Assembly (NCBI RefSeq): GCF_037042905.1 | Contig: NC_087251.1 | Location: 8,930,001-8,994,000, forward strand | DNA: 64,000 nucleotides | From: Lytechinus pictus | Lineage: Eukaryota | Reading direction: 5' to 3' | Shown: positions 40,389 through 52,255 of the stretch, one piece after another | Layout of the letters: every line of letters begins with the position of its first letter | How positions within the stretch are numbered: the stretch's first letter is position 1 | The notes under the pieces: model-generated | Databases searched by the model: none | What the model was told of the DNA's origin: nothing | The model's input: the letters and a program-made list of their open reading frames with translations, nothing else | Translations under genes and position numbers: made by a program

Positions 40389-42061
40389 CAGGGGCGGATC
40401 CAGCCCTCACCAATAGGGGGGGGGGGGGGCCGGAATTTTTTTCAGCCATATTTTCCCCGATCAGCCGCTCGAACATGATTTTTTTGGTTTCTTTGAAGGG
40501 GTAGTCTTAATAGTTACTTCTTAGCTTTATTCTTTTAAATCAACATAAATATATGATATCGTAATCCTTATTAATATAATGTGAGCGCGAAGCGCGATAA
40601 TTTTTTTTGGAATTTTACGTATTTTTTCCTAAGATTCGAACATTCTAGGCAATATGTGATATCCTGAAAAAGATGTGAATGCAACTAAATAATTACTACG
40701 ATACGCTAAGCGCGAGCAGAAATTGTTGATACACGTTTTGAACTGATCGAAAAGGTAGGCCTACCTACTGCTTGCAGTTAGCCATGAAGACGTTACGTAT
40801 TTCAACAATCAAATAATGCGAGCGCAGGCGCGAGCTGATTTTTTTTTACATCTTTACCTAAAGAATGGAAATTCTAAGCATTTTTTGTAACTTAAACAGG
40901 ATAGGTATATAACTTAACAATTGATGCGAGCGCGAGGCGTGAGCGGAAAATTTCGAGATTTAGACTTAGAAACGAGACACTCTATTCATGTTTTGAAAAT
41001 CATGAAAAGGGTGTGTAATAGGGGATCTTATCCATTAATAATGCGAGCAAAAAGAGCGAGCAGATGCGCGTGCGTATTTCAGATTTAATCCGATTTAATC
41101 CTAGAATCTAGGCATTCTAAATACATCTTTTATCAGGAAAATCAAAGCGCGAGCTTAAAATATTTGATATTTTGATCTAAAAAAGGAGCAATTCAGCTCT
41201 ATATTTCAAGCACTTTGTAGGAAAATTGTGAGGTGGACATGGATTGCACTTGATAAAGAGCTGATATGCTTCATTATTATTACTTTGAGTTTTGACATAG
41301 GACCGGCCATCCTTAGGACATGTCATCATATGAAAATGATGAATATCTCTTTATTCCTCTTGCTGATTTAGCGCGAGATGAAACAAAAGGGACAATTTAA
41401 TTATTAAATTGATATCTTATTTATTGATACATAATGAGGGCGCGGAATCAATGCGAGTGCAAATCGTGAGCCGAAACTTTTGATAAACTCATGAATAGGA
41501 TACATAACTCGCCAATCAAAATGCGAGAGTGCAGCGCTAGCTGATACGTTTTGACAATCTGACCTGAAAAGAGATATTTTGAAAACTTTATGGAATACGC
41601 GAAAATAATAAGTACCTGATAAATCAAAATTTGCGAGCGCACAGCGCGAGCAAAAAATTTTCATATTCAGACCATAAAACTGACATGTTTACAGAGCAAT
41701 TTTTAAAAATCAATTTGATTTGTAAATCACACAAAATAATGAAAGTTCGATTTCCGAGGTGAAATATGTTGTGTATATTGACTTCCAAACTTGATATTTA
41801 AGCTCCATATTGAACAAGTTATGTAACTCACCTAACAGGCGATGTGAGCGCAAAGCGCGAGCGAAATTTTTATATAGTGACATGAAAGATTCTTTTTATT
41901 TTCCAAGTCTTCCCCTCATTTTAATCCTTTTTTATTCAATCGTCTTCCTCCTCTTCTTTTTTTCTCCTCTTTTTCCTTTTTTTTTCTTTCTTTCCCTTTT
42001 TCTTTTTTTTGCTCCGCCAATAGGGGGCCCGGGCCCCTCGGCCCCCCTGGATCCGCCTATG
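40389..42061. mobile_element. 1.67-kb non-autonomous TIR element with 6-bp TSD inserted into LINE RT
   Basis: ATTAAG|CAGGGGCGGATCCAG ... CTGGATCCGCCTATG|ATTAAG. Confidence 0.88.
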
Positions 42062-42861
42062 ATTAAGTAGCTCTGAAACCATTCCCACACTGCTCCCCTA
42101 ATACCGTATTGAGATAATTTATATAAGAGAATGTTATGGTCTATGAGGTCGAAGGCTTTTGATAAGTCTAGGAATATTCAAAATGAGTAGTAATTATTAT
42201 TCATATTAGTTAAGAGGGTATTATTTGAGTCAATTAATGCATGTTCACATGAATGTCCTACCCTAAATCCGTATTGACAGTTGTTTAATATTCTACTATT
42301 ATCTAAGTGGGAAGTTAATCTTTTGTTAACATTTTTTTCCAGGATCTTAGAAAAGCATGATAATAATGTAATAGGCCGGTAATTAGAAAATGAATGTTTA
42401 TCGCCTTTTTTGAAAACTGGGATGATTTTTTCGATTTTTAAGCTATTAGGTACCTTGCCCAGAACATAAAGCTAAATTAAATATATTAATGACAATCTGG
42501 ACCACTATACCAATATGTGTTAAGGATAATATTTTACTTTCAAATTCTTCTCATTTTGTTTATTCTAACGTAAAATTTTGCAGCCTTACAACTTAATGTT
42601 TTTACCTCTTTTATAATGTTTGTACCTTCTTTTCTTCCTACTTTCTGCTCCACTCCTTCCCTTCGCTCCCCCTCTCTTTCTCTCTATCCCTTTCCACCCC
42701 CCCTCTCTCTCTATCTGCCTCTCCTCCTCCCCCTCTCTTTCCTTTCTCGCATTTCTGTTCTATCTCCCCCTTTCACTTCTGCTAAACCTACTCTCACGAT
42801 TTTTAGTTTTGCTTGATAAATTTGACGTATGTATTTGTTATGAATATTCTCATTTTATATA

Positions 42862-43811
42862 AACCCCTCAAAAAAAGTTTGGAAATCTGAGTTTGGCCAT
42901 TAATTTCTCCCAACTGCCAATTTTACACAATGCATATTTGACATCATTCAAAAGATAATTTAATTTTCTTTAAAATGATACCATGCTTGTTATGATCATG
43001 CTATCACAAAAAGAGTATGATTCAAAGTGTTGGGTGAGGTCTGAATTGAAAAGCTGCAAAACGAGCAGAAATAAGTCATGAAGGGTCAATACAGAACATG
43101 ATTCTTTTGTCTGTGTCAATACAGATGAAAATCCATTCAAATCAAGCCCCTGCTTCTGTAGTGATGGTTCTGTGAGATGACATGGTTTGAGTCGTGGTTT
43201 GAAATACCCATGCATGTTTGTTTGTTTGTTATGTGTTTGCTTGTGCAGAGGTGTGTTTGATTCCATGTTAATGTTGATGTTAAGGTACATGAGAATAATT
43301 AAAAGAAACCGCTGAGAAACTCACTCATCACCACTGAAAAAAGAACAGTGACATTCAATATTGTGTCATTTTTGCAACTTTTGAATGTTGACCTTGCCCC
43401 ATATTTCAAGGCACTGCACCTCCATGTGAACCATAATCTCATCATGTAGGGTATCATTTTAAAGAAAATTAAATGATCTATTCATTGATATTAATTAAAC
43501 ATTTATATTTACTATAAACGATGTGAAATTATCGATCAAAGTCAAAAGAAACCGCTGAGAAACTCACTCATCACCACGGAAATAAAAACAGTGACTTTCA
43601 ATATTGTGTCATTTTGCAACTTTTGAATTTTGACCTCGCCCCACATTTCAAGACATTGCACATCCATGTGAATCATAATCATATCATGTAGGGTATCATT
43701 TTAAAGAAAATTAAATGCTCTATTCATTGATATCAATTGTACCTTGACATTTACTAAAATCGAGGAGAAATTATCGATCAAAGTCAGATTTCCAAACTTT
43801 TTTGAGGAGTT
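42862..43811 (-). mobile_element. Second, inverted copy of the 4144-5212 element, inside the LINE
   Basis: Same TIRs and internal sequence in reverse complement; TA flanks. Confidence 0.85.
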
Positions 43812-46422
43812 TATAATAACGCCAACTGTTTATATTAATTTTGATCATGATTAGATAAAAAAAATCCTGTATCCATCTATTTAGGCAAGTTTCTTTTTAA
43901 ATATTTTAATTTCTTAAGCATTGTGTCATTATGCAATTGATTGTCATATATTCTTGTACTTGTTTTGTAAAATATTCTGCAATTCAGCCTTTGGCTGCGA
44001 ATTAATTTTCAATAAACCATTACCATTACCATTACGTATAGAAAAAAATACATTTTTGATAACAAAGGAACTTATATCGTCAAAACCGGTACTATAGTTC
44101 AACGTTAATTCCTTATCGATTTTAATTATTTCTAATTCATTGGTCGGATAAAAATACATAGAGGATTGACATGGATTACTTAGGTATTGGCTAAAATAAT
44201 TCTTGAAATTATGAGCAGATTGTTTTAGGGTATTTGAGGCAATGTTGGAAAAGAAGTTGTTAAATTCATTTATTATATCTTGATTATTACAGACTTTAAC
44301 ATTATTTTTCATAAAATATAAAGAAAAAAATTGTATATTTTTCTTACACATAAGGTCGTTTATGATTTGCCAAACCTTTCTAACATCATTTTTATTCTTG
44401 GATAATAAATCACAATAATATTTTTTACGAGCTGATCTTAAGAGCTGATTTAAAATGTTGCGATATTTCTTATATTTCATTTCAATTGATTTACTACGCT
44501 TTTGGCAAAAAAGTTTGTGAAGTTGATTTTTTTTATTGATACATTTTAACAAGCCATGACTAATAAGGCTTTTAGCCGTAATCTTAGTCTTTTTTTAAGT
44601 TTACAATTTACATCAAATGCTGATTTGAATACTTCAAGGAAATTATTATATGCATCATCTGCATCACCCAATGATAATATATGATTCCAGTCAAAAGAGA
44701 GTAACATTTTGTTGAGGCTATCAATATTTTCTTTGTTAATGCTTCTTTTCTTAAAATTCATATCGACGTCTGCTTTAGAATAAGACCTTATATTACGGGT
44801 AATTGAAAAATTGGCAAATGGTCAGTTGTATCGTCATAAAATATTCCAGAAGATATATTCTTTTCGCGTACATTCGTAAAAATATTGTCGATTTAAGTTG
44901 TCGAGCAATGTGTTATTCTTGTAGGTCGGTTAATCAAGGGTCTGAGGGAATTATTATACATTATATTAAAAAATCATTGACATTTGCAACTGATGAGCTA
45001 TTCAACAAATTTATATTCCAGTCACCCATAATACATATAATATATATATTCTTGTTTTCATTTATAATTTTACCAAGGCATGTATTTACATCGTTATTAA
45101 AATCAGCTACATTTGAACTAGGGTCACGATAAATAATTCCAATGATTATGTTTTTATCATATTAATTACAAGAAAGAGAGATTCGCATAAGTTTTGCGCC
45201 AGATTTATATCCACTCTTGCCATGACTCTTTCTATCACATTCAATGAATCATGAATCAACATGGCTACTCCACCACCTCTACTTTTTGTTCTGTCACAGT
45301 GAAAAAATTATAATTTTCCATATGAAATAGTTCTTTTGGCGTTAATGGGTGTATCCATGTTTCACTGAATCCATATATTAGAAAATTAGCACTAATTTGT
45401 TTCGTAATAAAATCGTTTATATTTTCAAAATTTCCATGCAAGCTTCTTGCGTTAAAATGGAGTACACTAAAGGCATCATTATCAAAAGTCATTTCAGAAT
45501 TAAATTTAGCGGGTAACCAGTATACTTGGATTATCAAGTAGGGCAGTTAACATCGGGATGAATATTTGATAAGTTATCTTCTTTATTTATGCACATGTTA
45601 ATTTCACAATAATTTAACTCATATTGTATATCATGGTTGAAAAGCTTGCCAAATTCTATATTGGAGAGGTTGTTGAAAGGGAAAGGGGATTCACCAAATA
45701 ACATAAATTACTCAAAAATTAAGGGTAAATAATACAATTGAAAAACAAATTTAAAAAAAAGGAATATTGTACTAATATTGTTACATAAACAAGAGTGCAA
45801 TTGGGGTACACAATAGTTTAATCATACTTTCAAGTTTCATTACTATACATGTAGTTAAACAGTCTTTAAAGTTTCATGAGTTCATCTTTTGTTCGTATGT
45901 GTCTTTTCATTGTTCTGTTTCCCGTTGTAGCGAGCAGTGCAATGATCCGGCCATCAGAGGCCCAAGCCTCTTTGACTTTTCATGTTTCTTTGTAGTGTAG
46001 AGCAGCTCTTGATTGGCAGCGGTCAATGACTCGTCAATTCCGATTCAAGAACCTTTCAGTTTTCTGCGGGATCGGAGGACTTCGTTCCGTTTTCGGTAAG
46101 ACGTGTTGATCGTGCTTTTTTCTTTCTTCCTTCTACTTTTTCATTCCCGACCTTTCGTTGGAGAACGCGAACGCTGCTTATTTGCGACGGTAGTTGATTT
46201 TGGAAGAGACTTTTGGGCCCGTCGTCATGGTCGTAAAACTCTGTCCTGCAATGCAAATTGTGTGACATGACATTTTTTTTCGTTTCGCATCTGGAACGGA
46301 AACATTCAATCTGAGTTTCGTGTGCAAAATTCTGGTTGCTACTATGGTAACAGCGATATATCTGATTTAGGACGACTTTCCAAAGCCACATTTGGTTCCT
46401 CCCAGAGTTCGAGAGGCCGCCT

Positions 46423-46672
46423 GGGGGCCCACTTCCAATGAAGAGTAGATACCAGGCGCGACTACGCGTAAAAAGGGAAAGAGTGGGCAAGTACGTTACG
46501 TATAGGCCTATGTAACCTTATAAGGGTGTCAAAAACGATGTTTAAAATACTGAAAAAGGAGGATATGTGTTCAATACTTGTAGGGTTTCACAAGCTAAAT
46601 ATTTGTTTAGGGTGCTTTTCGAAACCGCATGGTCGTGCCTGGTATCCACTCATCAATGGAAGTGGTCCCCCC
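46423..46672. mobile_element. Small MITE
   Basis: GGGGGCCCACTTCCAATGAAGAGTAGATACCAGGCGCGAC / GTCGTGCCTGGTATCCACTCATCAATGGAAGTGGTCCCCC. Confidence 0.75.
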
Positions 46673-47077
46673 GGGAATTGGAATCTAATCCCCCATTTCT
46701 GGGGAAAGTAAAGCATAATGCCCATTACATTGTGTACTAGAGGCATATCGTTTGTGTAGGAGTTAACAAAAGATAAAACACCGCACGTATACATGCTGTA
46801 TACATAATCAACGCATGCGAAATGGTTTCGGCTGGAGAGGTGATTTGACCCATGGAATCAATTGCCAGAGATCCACCAATAATCCACATTAAATGCAATA
46901 TCCATTCGATGGACTGTAATGATCTATATCTAAGCCTTAATTCAGTAAATTTTTCCTCACTCAGTACTCGATTTGTTTGAAAAAACACTTTCTTATCCAT
47001 GTCATGATCTATTTTAGGTCCTGCATTTCAAATATCTCCAGCCATCAGTCGTAATGTGCATGCATGTATATGGTGCG

Positions 47078-47279
47078 CATTGGCGGCGGAAGCCAAGCAA
47101 TTTAGGGGGGGACCACCAAATTTTTTGACAAGCAAAAAAAAAAGGTTATATATCAACCAAAATTTTTTGGGGGACCGACACAAATTTTTGACAAGCAAAA
47201 AAAAAAAAAAAAAAAAAGGTCATCAACGAAGGGGGGGGGGGGGGGACACGTCCCCCCCCCCCCGCTTCCACCGCCTATG
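47078..47279. mobile_element. hAT-like MITE with 8-bp TSD
   Basis: ATGGTGCG|CATTGGCGGCGGAAGC ... GCTTCCACCGCCTATG|ATGGTGCG. Confidence 0.88.
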
Positions 47280-48649
47280 ATGGTGCGGGTGTCGCGGGAA
47301 AGAATTTTGCACACGAAAAGCAGATCTGTAGGGCCTGAAACCCCCCTGTAACACAAAGCTTAGCATTGATTGTAGAGCAGTTTTCTACGTTTGATTTTAT
47401 TGACTATAATGTACAATCAATCTTAAAAATCAAGTGTATGATTAAGCGTTATTAGCGTCCGTGAGGATTGCGAAAGGTGGCAATTGTTCCTCACAGCGAC
47501 ACGGTATGATCTATCTATATCATTCTTCGATAATTCCACGCCCAGCATATCTTTGGCAATGGTGCACACAAGGTCATCTGTATCTTCTCTATCATGCTCT
47601 GCTACCCCATATAACTTTTAACAGTTGCGTCTAGAGTATTGTTCTGCTTCGTTGACGGCAATTTGAAGATTGGTAATTGCGTTGCTCCGATCAAATGTCT
47701 ATTTTTTTAAAGATTGCATGGTGTCCAACTTCTTCCCAGGAACCGAGCATGTATAAGCGAACCCTGCGTGACTTCTTAATGGGCACAAATTTAAGAGGAA
47801 TATAAAGTGTCACTTATCGATTACTAAATGACACTTCACAAAATGAACAGAATAAAAAATGGGATCGATTTAAACGAGCAAATGAGGATGAGATATTCAA
47901 TATTTTCAAACGTTAAATATTACCAAAATCCAGCAATCTAGGTTTGAAAATAACAGAAAGGCATTAGCAGCACAGGTTTCGTCGACGAGGACCAGATGAG
48001 TTGTTCTAGTTCTAGTTCAAACAAAAAGATATAGGCCTATTTTTTTAGCGTTTAGGCTAATGACCATCACCATCATTACCTTTATTTGAAATATTTAAAA
48101 ACTCATAGGCCTATGAATGTTTATAAGATAAGATTGATTTTATTTATATACGGTTAAAAAGCCCAAACAGTTCACAGACTGATTTCCATTGGGGCCGTGT
48201 GGAACATAATATGCAATTGACATAGTAAACATTTTAAAACCAGTGTTTTAACGAACAATATATAAAAAAAAAAATATGTTAACCTAAACAGAAGCATCAA
48301 TGAAATGTTACAAAGGAATCATAAAAAGGTGACGAGGAGGGGAGGAGAAGAAAAAAGGAGAAAGGAGAAGGGAAAAGGGAGAAGGAGAAGAAAAAGACAA
48401 CGGAGAAGAAAACAGAAGAAGAAAAAGAATAATAATGATAATAAGAAGAAGACGAAGAAATGATATACTGTTCTCAAAAACATCAATAATATACAAAATT
48501 AAATATCTATCGGTAATTCGAACAAAGCAGTGCATACAACATGTACAAGGTAGTAGTAAATGTGAACATGAAAAAGTAAAGTGTCAAAGTAAATTCATGT
48601 TTCTACATGTATAATGGACAATCAAGCAAAATAAAATTAATACACGATT

Positions 48650-49010
48650 TACCAATGTTAAAAGCTAAACACATAAAAATGACTGGAAAATTTATGAAAA
48701 CTAAACATGCACTGAACATAAAGCATTAAAATCTTGGTTAATACTGAAGCTTGCCATATATAGCGCAAAACCTATGAAATGATTACAATCTAATACATGT
48801 ACTGGGAACAGTAAATAGATATACAGGGATACACTTGAAAAGAAAAGGAAAGAAAGTGTTGCACTAATGATGTTTATCATACTCAATAACTTAGCCCCTT
48901 CATACCTAATCAATAGATTTTCCCTTAAAGAAAGATCACATAACACAAGAAGTGGGAATCTCAATTTGGAAATAATGCAAATAAAGACTGAAACTGCAAA
49001 GCGCATTGAT
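48650..49010 (+). mobile_element. LINE RT C-terminal remnant
   Basis: Translates to NNLAPSYLINRFSLKERSHNTRSG, typical of CR1/L2 ORF2 ends. Confidence 0.55.
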
Positions 49011-49032
49011 ATAGTCAAGTGTTAATACTTGC

Positions 49033-49207
49033 CTCTGTTGTCACTGTTAATTGTGTTTCCCAAGAACGGAATTGCGAGAGGGCCGTCGAATTTAGAAATT
49101 AGAAAGAAAATACGAAGAAACTTTGCGATGTGATAAACCAAAAACATAAAGAAGCTCACAATGCACACACTGACACCAACTCCAGATGGGAAAAGACTAG
49201 CAGCCAT
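49033..49207 (-). CDS. CYP4 paralogue B exon 1 (intact frame, GC donor)
   Basis: MAASLFPSGVGVSVCIV...IAKFLRIFFLISKFDGPLAIPFLGN aligns with gene A exon 1; donor AG|GCAAGT. Confidence 0.8.
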
Positions 49208-49500
49208 ATTGGAATGCGTGATACACAAAATAGATCACTTATCAAATATAAAGGATGTAATAATTATTGTGGATAATATAGGAGAAAGTATTTTGCAATA
49301 CAAATGCTACTAGCCTAGCTTCAGGTATAAGTCACAGAAAAAATGGCAACGATAAAGAAGAGATTCGTTCACTTCTTGGCAGAACCTTGTGGATATAAGC
49401 TACACGGGTGTTCTGAGAATTTGAACATGAACATGAACGACGCTACATGAATGTTACCGACCATACGGATGATTAATCATTTAGCAAGCCAAGTACAATA

Positions 49501-50359
49501 GGGGAAGGCGGGGTAAGTTGTGACACTTTTTGCATTTTGCATGTTATAATTGATTGACTAATAATATTGTAGAAATAAGTACCTTGCCTTTAAATTTGAT
49601 TCTTGGGAAATATTTTTCACCTATATATAACTTTCTACCCCCACACTGAAATTCATTGTGACCTTTGAAAAAAACGATGTCAAATGGCTCAACTTGCCCC
49701 ATCTGTGGAGTAAGTTGTGCCACCTTCTGGGGTAAGTTAAGCCACAAAAACTATGTACAAAATGTATGCGGGAAGAACCAGCATGTCAATTTTTTATTTT
49801 AAGTCTTTTCACTTGCTAATTCTCTATAAATACTAACATCCTCTAAGAGTAAAGAACTGTCATGTGAATTTGCACCTTTCTGCCTGCATTTCAATGGCTT
49901 TTCAAGGTTTGTTTGTTTTTTTATCATACATTACCATAAGAATTACCATGGCTCAACTTGCCCCATGTTGGCTGCCTCAAAGTACCCCAGTCCGAACTTA
50001 ATGCGATATTTTCACATCCATACATTTCTTATGCATCCATCATGTAAAAGACTATGACAAGAATGAAGATCCATACCTAGACTAACAATATTCTTATTTC
50101 TTTATTATATTTAAAGACGTGTGTGGGTAAAAAGCACTGATCAATTTTACTCCCTTTTTTACTTTTTTGGCTGAAATTGTATTTTTCCCTCTAAAAAAGT
50201 ACTTTTTGTTTCAAAGTTGAAAACAATGTGGTGGGATTAAGGGTTATGTAATGGGTCATCAATGCATGACCCCACCACAATGTCTGACTCATTCATTATT
50301 GGCAGGAGGGTGCATGGTGGCTCAATTTGCCCCTTTGCTCAACTTACCCCGCCTTCCCC
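49501..50359. mobile_element. TA-flanked pogo/Tc1-like MITE about 290 bp upstream of the CYP-B start codon
   Basis: TA|GGGGAAGGCGGGGTAAGTTG ... CAACTTACCCCGCCTTCCCC|TA. Confidence 0.9.
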
Positions 50360-52193
50360 TACATATTGAAACTCGGACATGCTTGCACTCAGATGACAGG
50401 CGGACACAGAAATGTTCAGGGTATACCAGGGGCGACATTCCGTCACCATGATTGGTGACAAGCCCGGGAAAAGGTATTTTAAAAGTCATCAAACTATCTG
50501 GTATATAGTAAAATAACCATAGCTGGATTTATAGGCCTATATCACTTTTGCAAGAGGATAGTATATACCTAGCACAATTGTAATAACCTCTGCTTTATTT
50601 GGTTATGAAGCAAATTCTGTTGAAATTTTGATTACTATTTCAAACCAGTGACTTTGCCAGAGTACTTAATAGGTAGGAAGAGGGAGAAGACGACAAAGGT
50701 AGCGTCATTTTTGCCTTTTTGAAATAATAGGGGTAGTCTATACTAATAGTAGCTCGACAACCCAGACCCACAAATCTCTATTTCAACATCATCTATTTAT
50801 TTTTATTATTATTATTTTTTGCTCTATAATTTTGTTTCGCTTTTTCTATTATTTTTTTAATCAAATGTGTTTGTGATTGTGTGTGTGTGTGTGTGTGTGG
50901 GGGGGGGGGGTGGTAATACCCGCGAGCCCCGGCCCTCCTCCCATGTTGCATTGTCCCTTTTGTGTATACTGCCCCCTTTATTCCTTTAATTTTATTCACA
51001 AAACACTATCGTAATGGAGGTACTTCGTATACTGTATCAATTTTATTGCTACAGATAATTTATTAATTTTGTGTAAGTTGCTCTTTCATCGTGTATCAAA
51101 TAAATCTAGGCGTTCTTATAAACCGCCATGCGTATACGTGTTGAAAATATGCATACCTTTAGATGCTGACTATCTTCTTTTTTTTTCAAGTTCAAAGTCC
51201 CAAATATCTACCAATAGGCAATAATATATACAGAACTGGCATATCTCTCTGTAATATACAGAACTATAGGATTTTTCCCATAACTTATAGCTTAAGGAAT
51301 AATTGGATTAAAATTCTAACTGAAAGGGAAGAAAACGACAAGCCAAATTTGATGTTTCTGCAAATTTGGAAGCCTGTTTAGGAGAAAGCAAAGAATGTTG
51401 TTGGTGTGGTTGGAAAAAGGCCTAATATTTTTTTTTCATCTGACAGGTTTACTCGTAATTTTACAAATAATCAAAGAGGTGCAACTGCTTAAATGAAAGC
51501 TCTATTGCACCAGACTTTATCGAAGTTTGGATGAAAAGCTGATCGAGTCCCCACGAAAAATGCTCCCCTACCAGGAGCTGAGATTTCCCGAGATATTATC
51601 AAGGGTATAGAGCGCAAGGCGAGGTCTGGGCGTTGTCCCCTCACCCCTCTAAGCCAGATGGCAGTCTACACCCCAGGTTCATGCTATCATTCTTTCATTC
51701 ACCCTCCTCTTTTCTCTCATTCTCACAAACATCATCGATTTACAATGCCATGTCTGAATGCCGTACCAAATGTTTTCAAGCAATCATGAACAAATTGAAT
51801 GGCTGAACAGTATAATACAATAAAAGTGTCAATTGAACTTTGATACCAGGCGGATTCAAATTTTCCAAGGGGGAGGCAAAAATCGTACATCCACCGTTTC
51901 CCCGATTGGCTGTTCAAATAGCTTTAGTGTTGGAGCTGTAAAGTCCTAAAGCCTAAATCAATAATATAAGCGTGAAGCGCGAGCTCATTTAAAAAAAAAA
52001 TATTTCATCATGTCGACTGGAAAACCAAAAATTCAAAGCACTTTAATAATCATGAACAACATACGTATCTAATCGAATATGCAATGCAGAGAGCGTGAAC
52101 TGCAGTTTTTGTTATACATAGGCCTACTTGAGCACTCTGCCGAGTGAGTGGATTTGTTGCATTACAAATCCCACATATTATTATTTTATTATT

Positions 52194-52255
<62 letters not shown>

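Larger units (their letters stand above)
39118..46055 (-). mobile_element. Decayed CR1/L2-like LINE (ORF1 C-terminal remnant, APE, RT, tail), interrupted by two DNA-element insertions
   Basis: HFNARSL/SETW (45265-45537), LDLSKAFD (about 42150), GVPQGSILGPLLF (about 40300), FADD, HQYNTR; TGAAT-type tail at about 39120. Confidence 0.9.
35264..49207 (-). pseudogene. CYP4V: CYP4 (CYP4V-like) paralogue B, probable pseudogene; exons 1 (49033-49207), 4 (38139-38332), 9 (36674-36804), 10 (36277-36456) and 11 (35264-35415) recognisable
   Basis: Exon-by-exon similarity to gene A with identical splice positions. Exon 9 is 131 nt versus 135 (frameshift, early TAA). Exon 11 is 152 nt versus 164. Exons 2-3 and 5-8 were not found by eye. 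Confidence 0.8.

Noticed and set aside
46056..46490. 144-aa minus-strand ORF upstream of the LINE
   Set aside because: It starts in a MITE and is not recognisable as ORF1 or a host gene.
51163..51420. Possible L1/Tx1 remnant
   Set aside because: Motifs are too weak to call.
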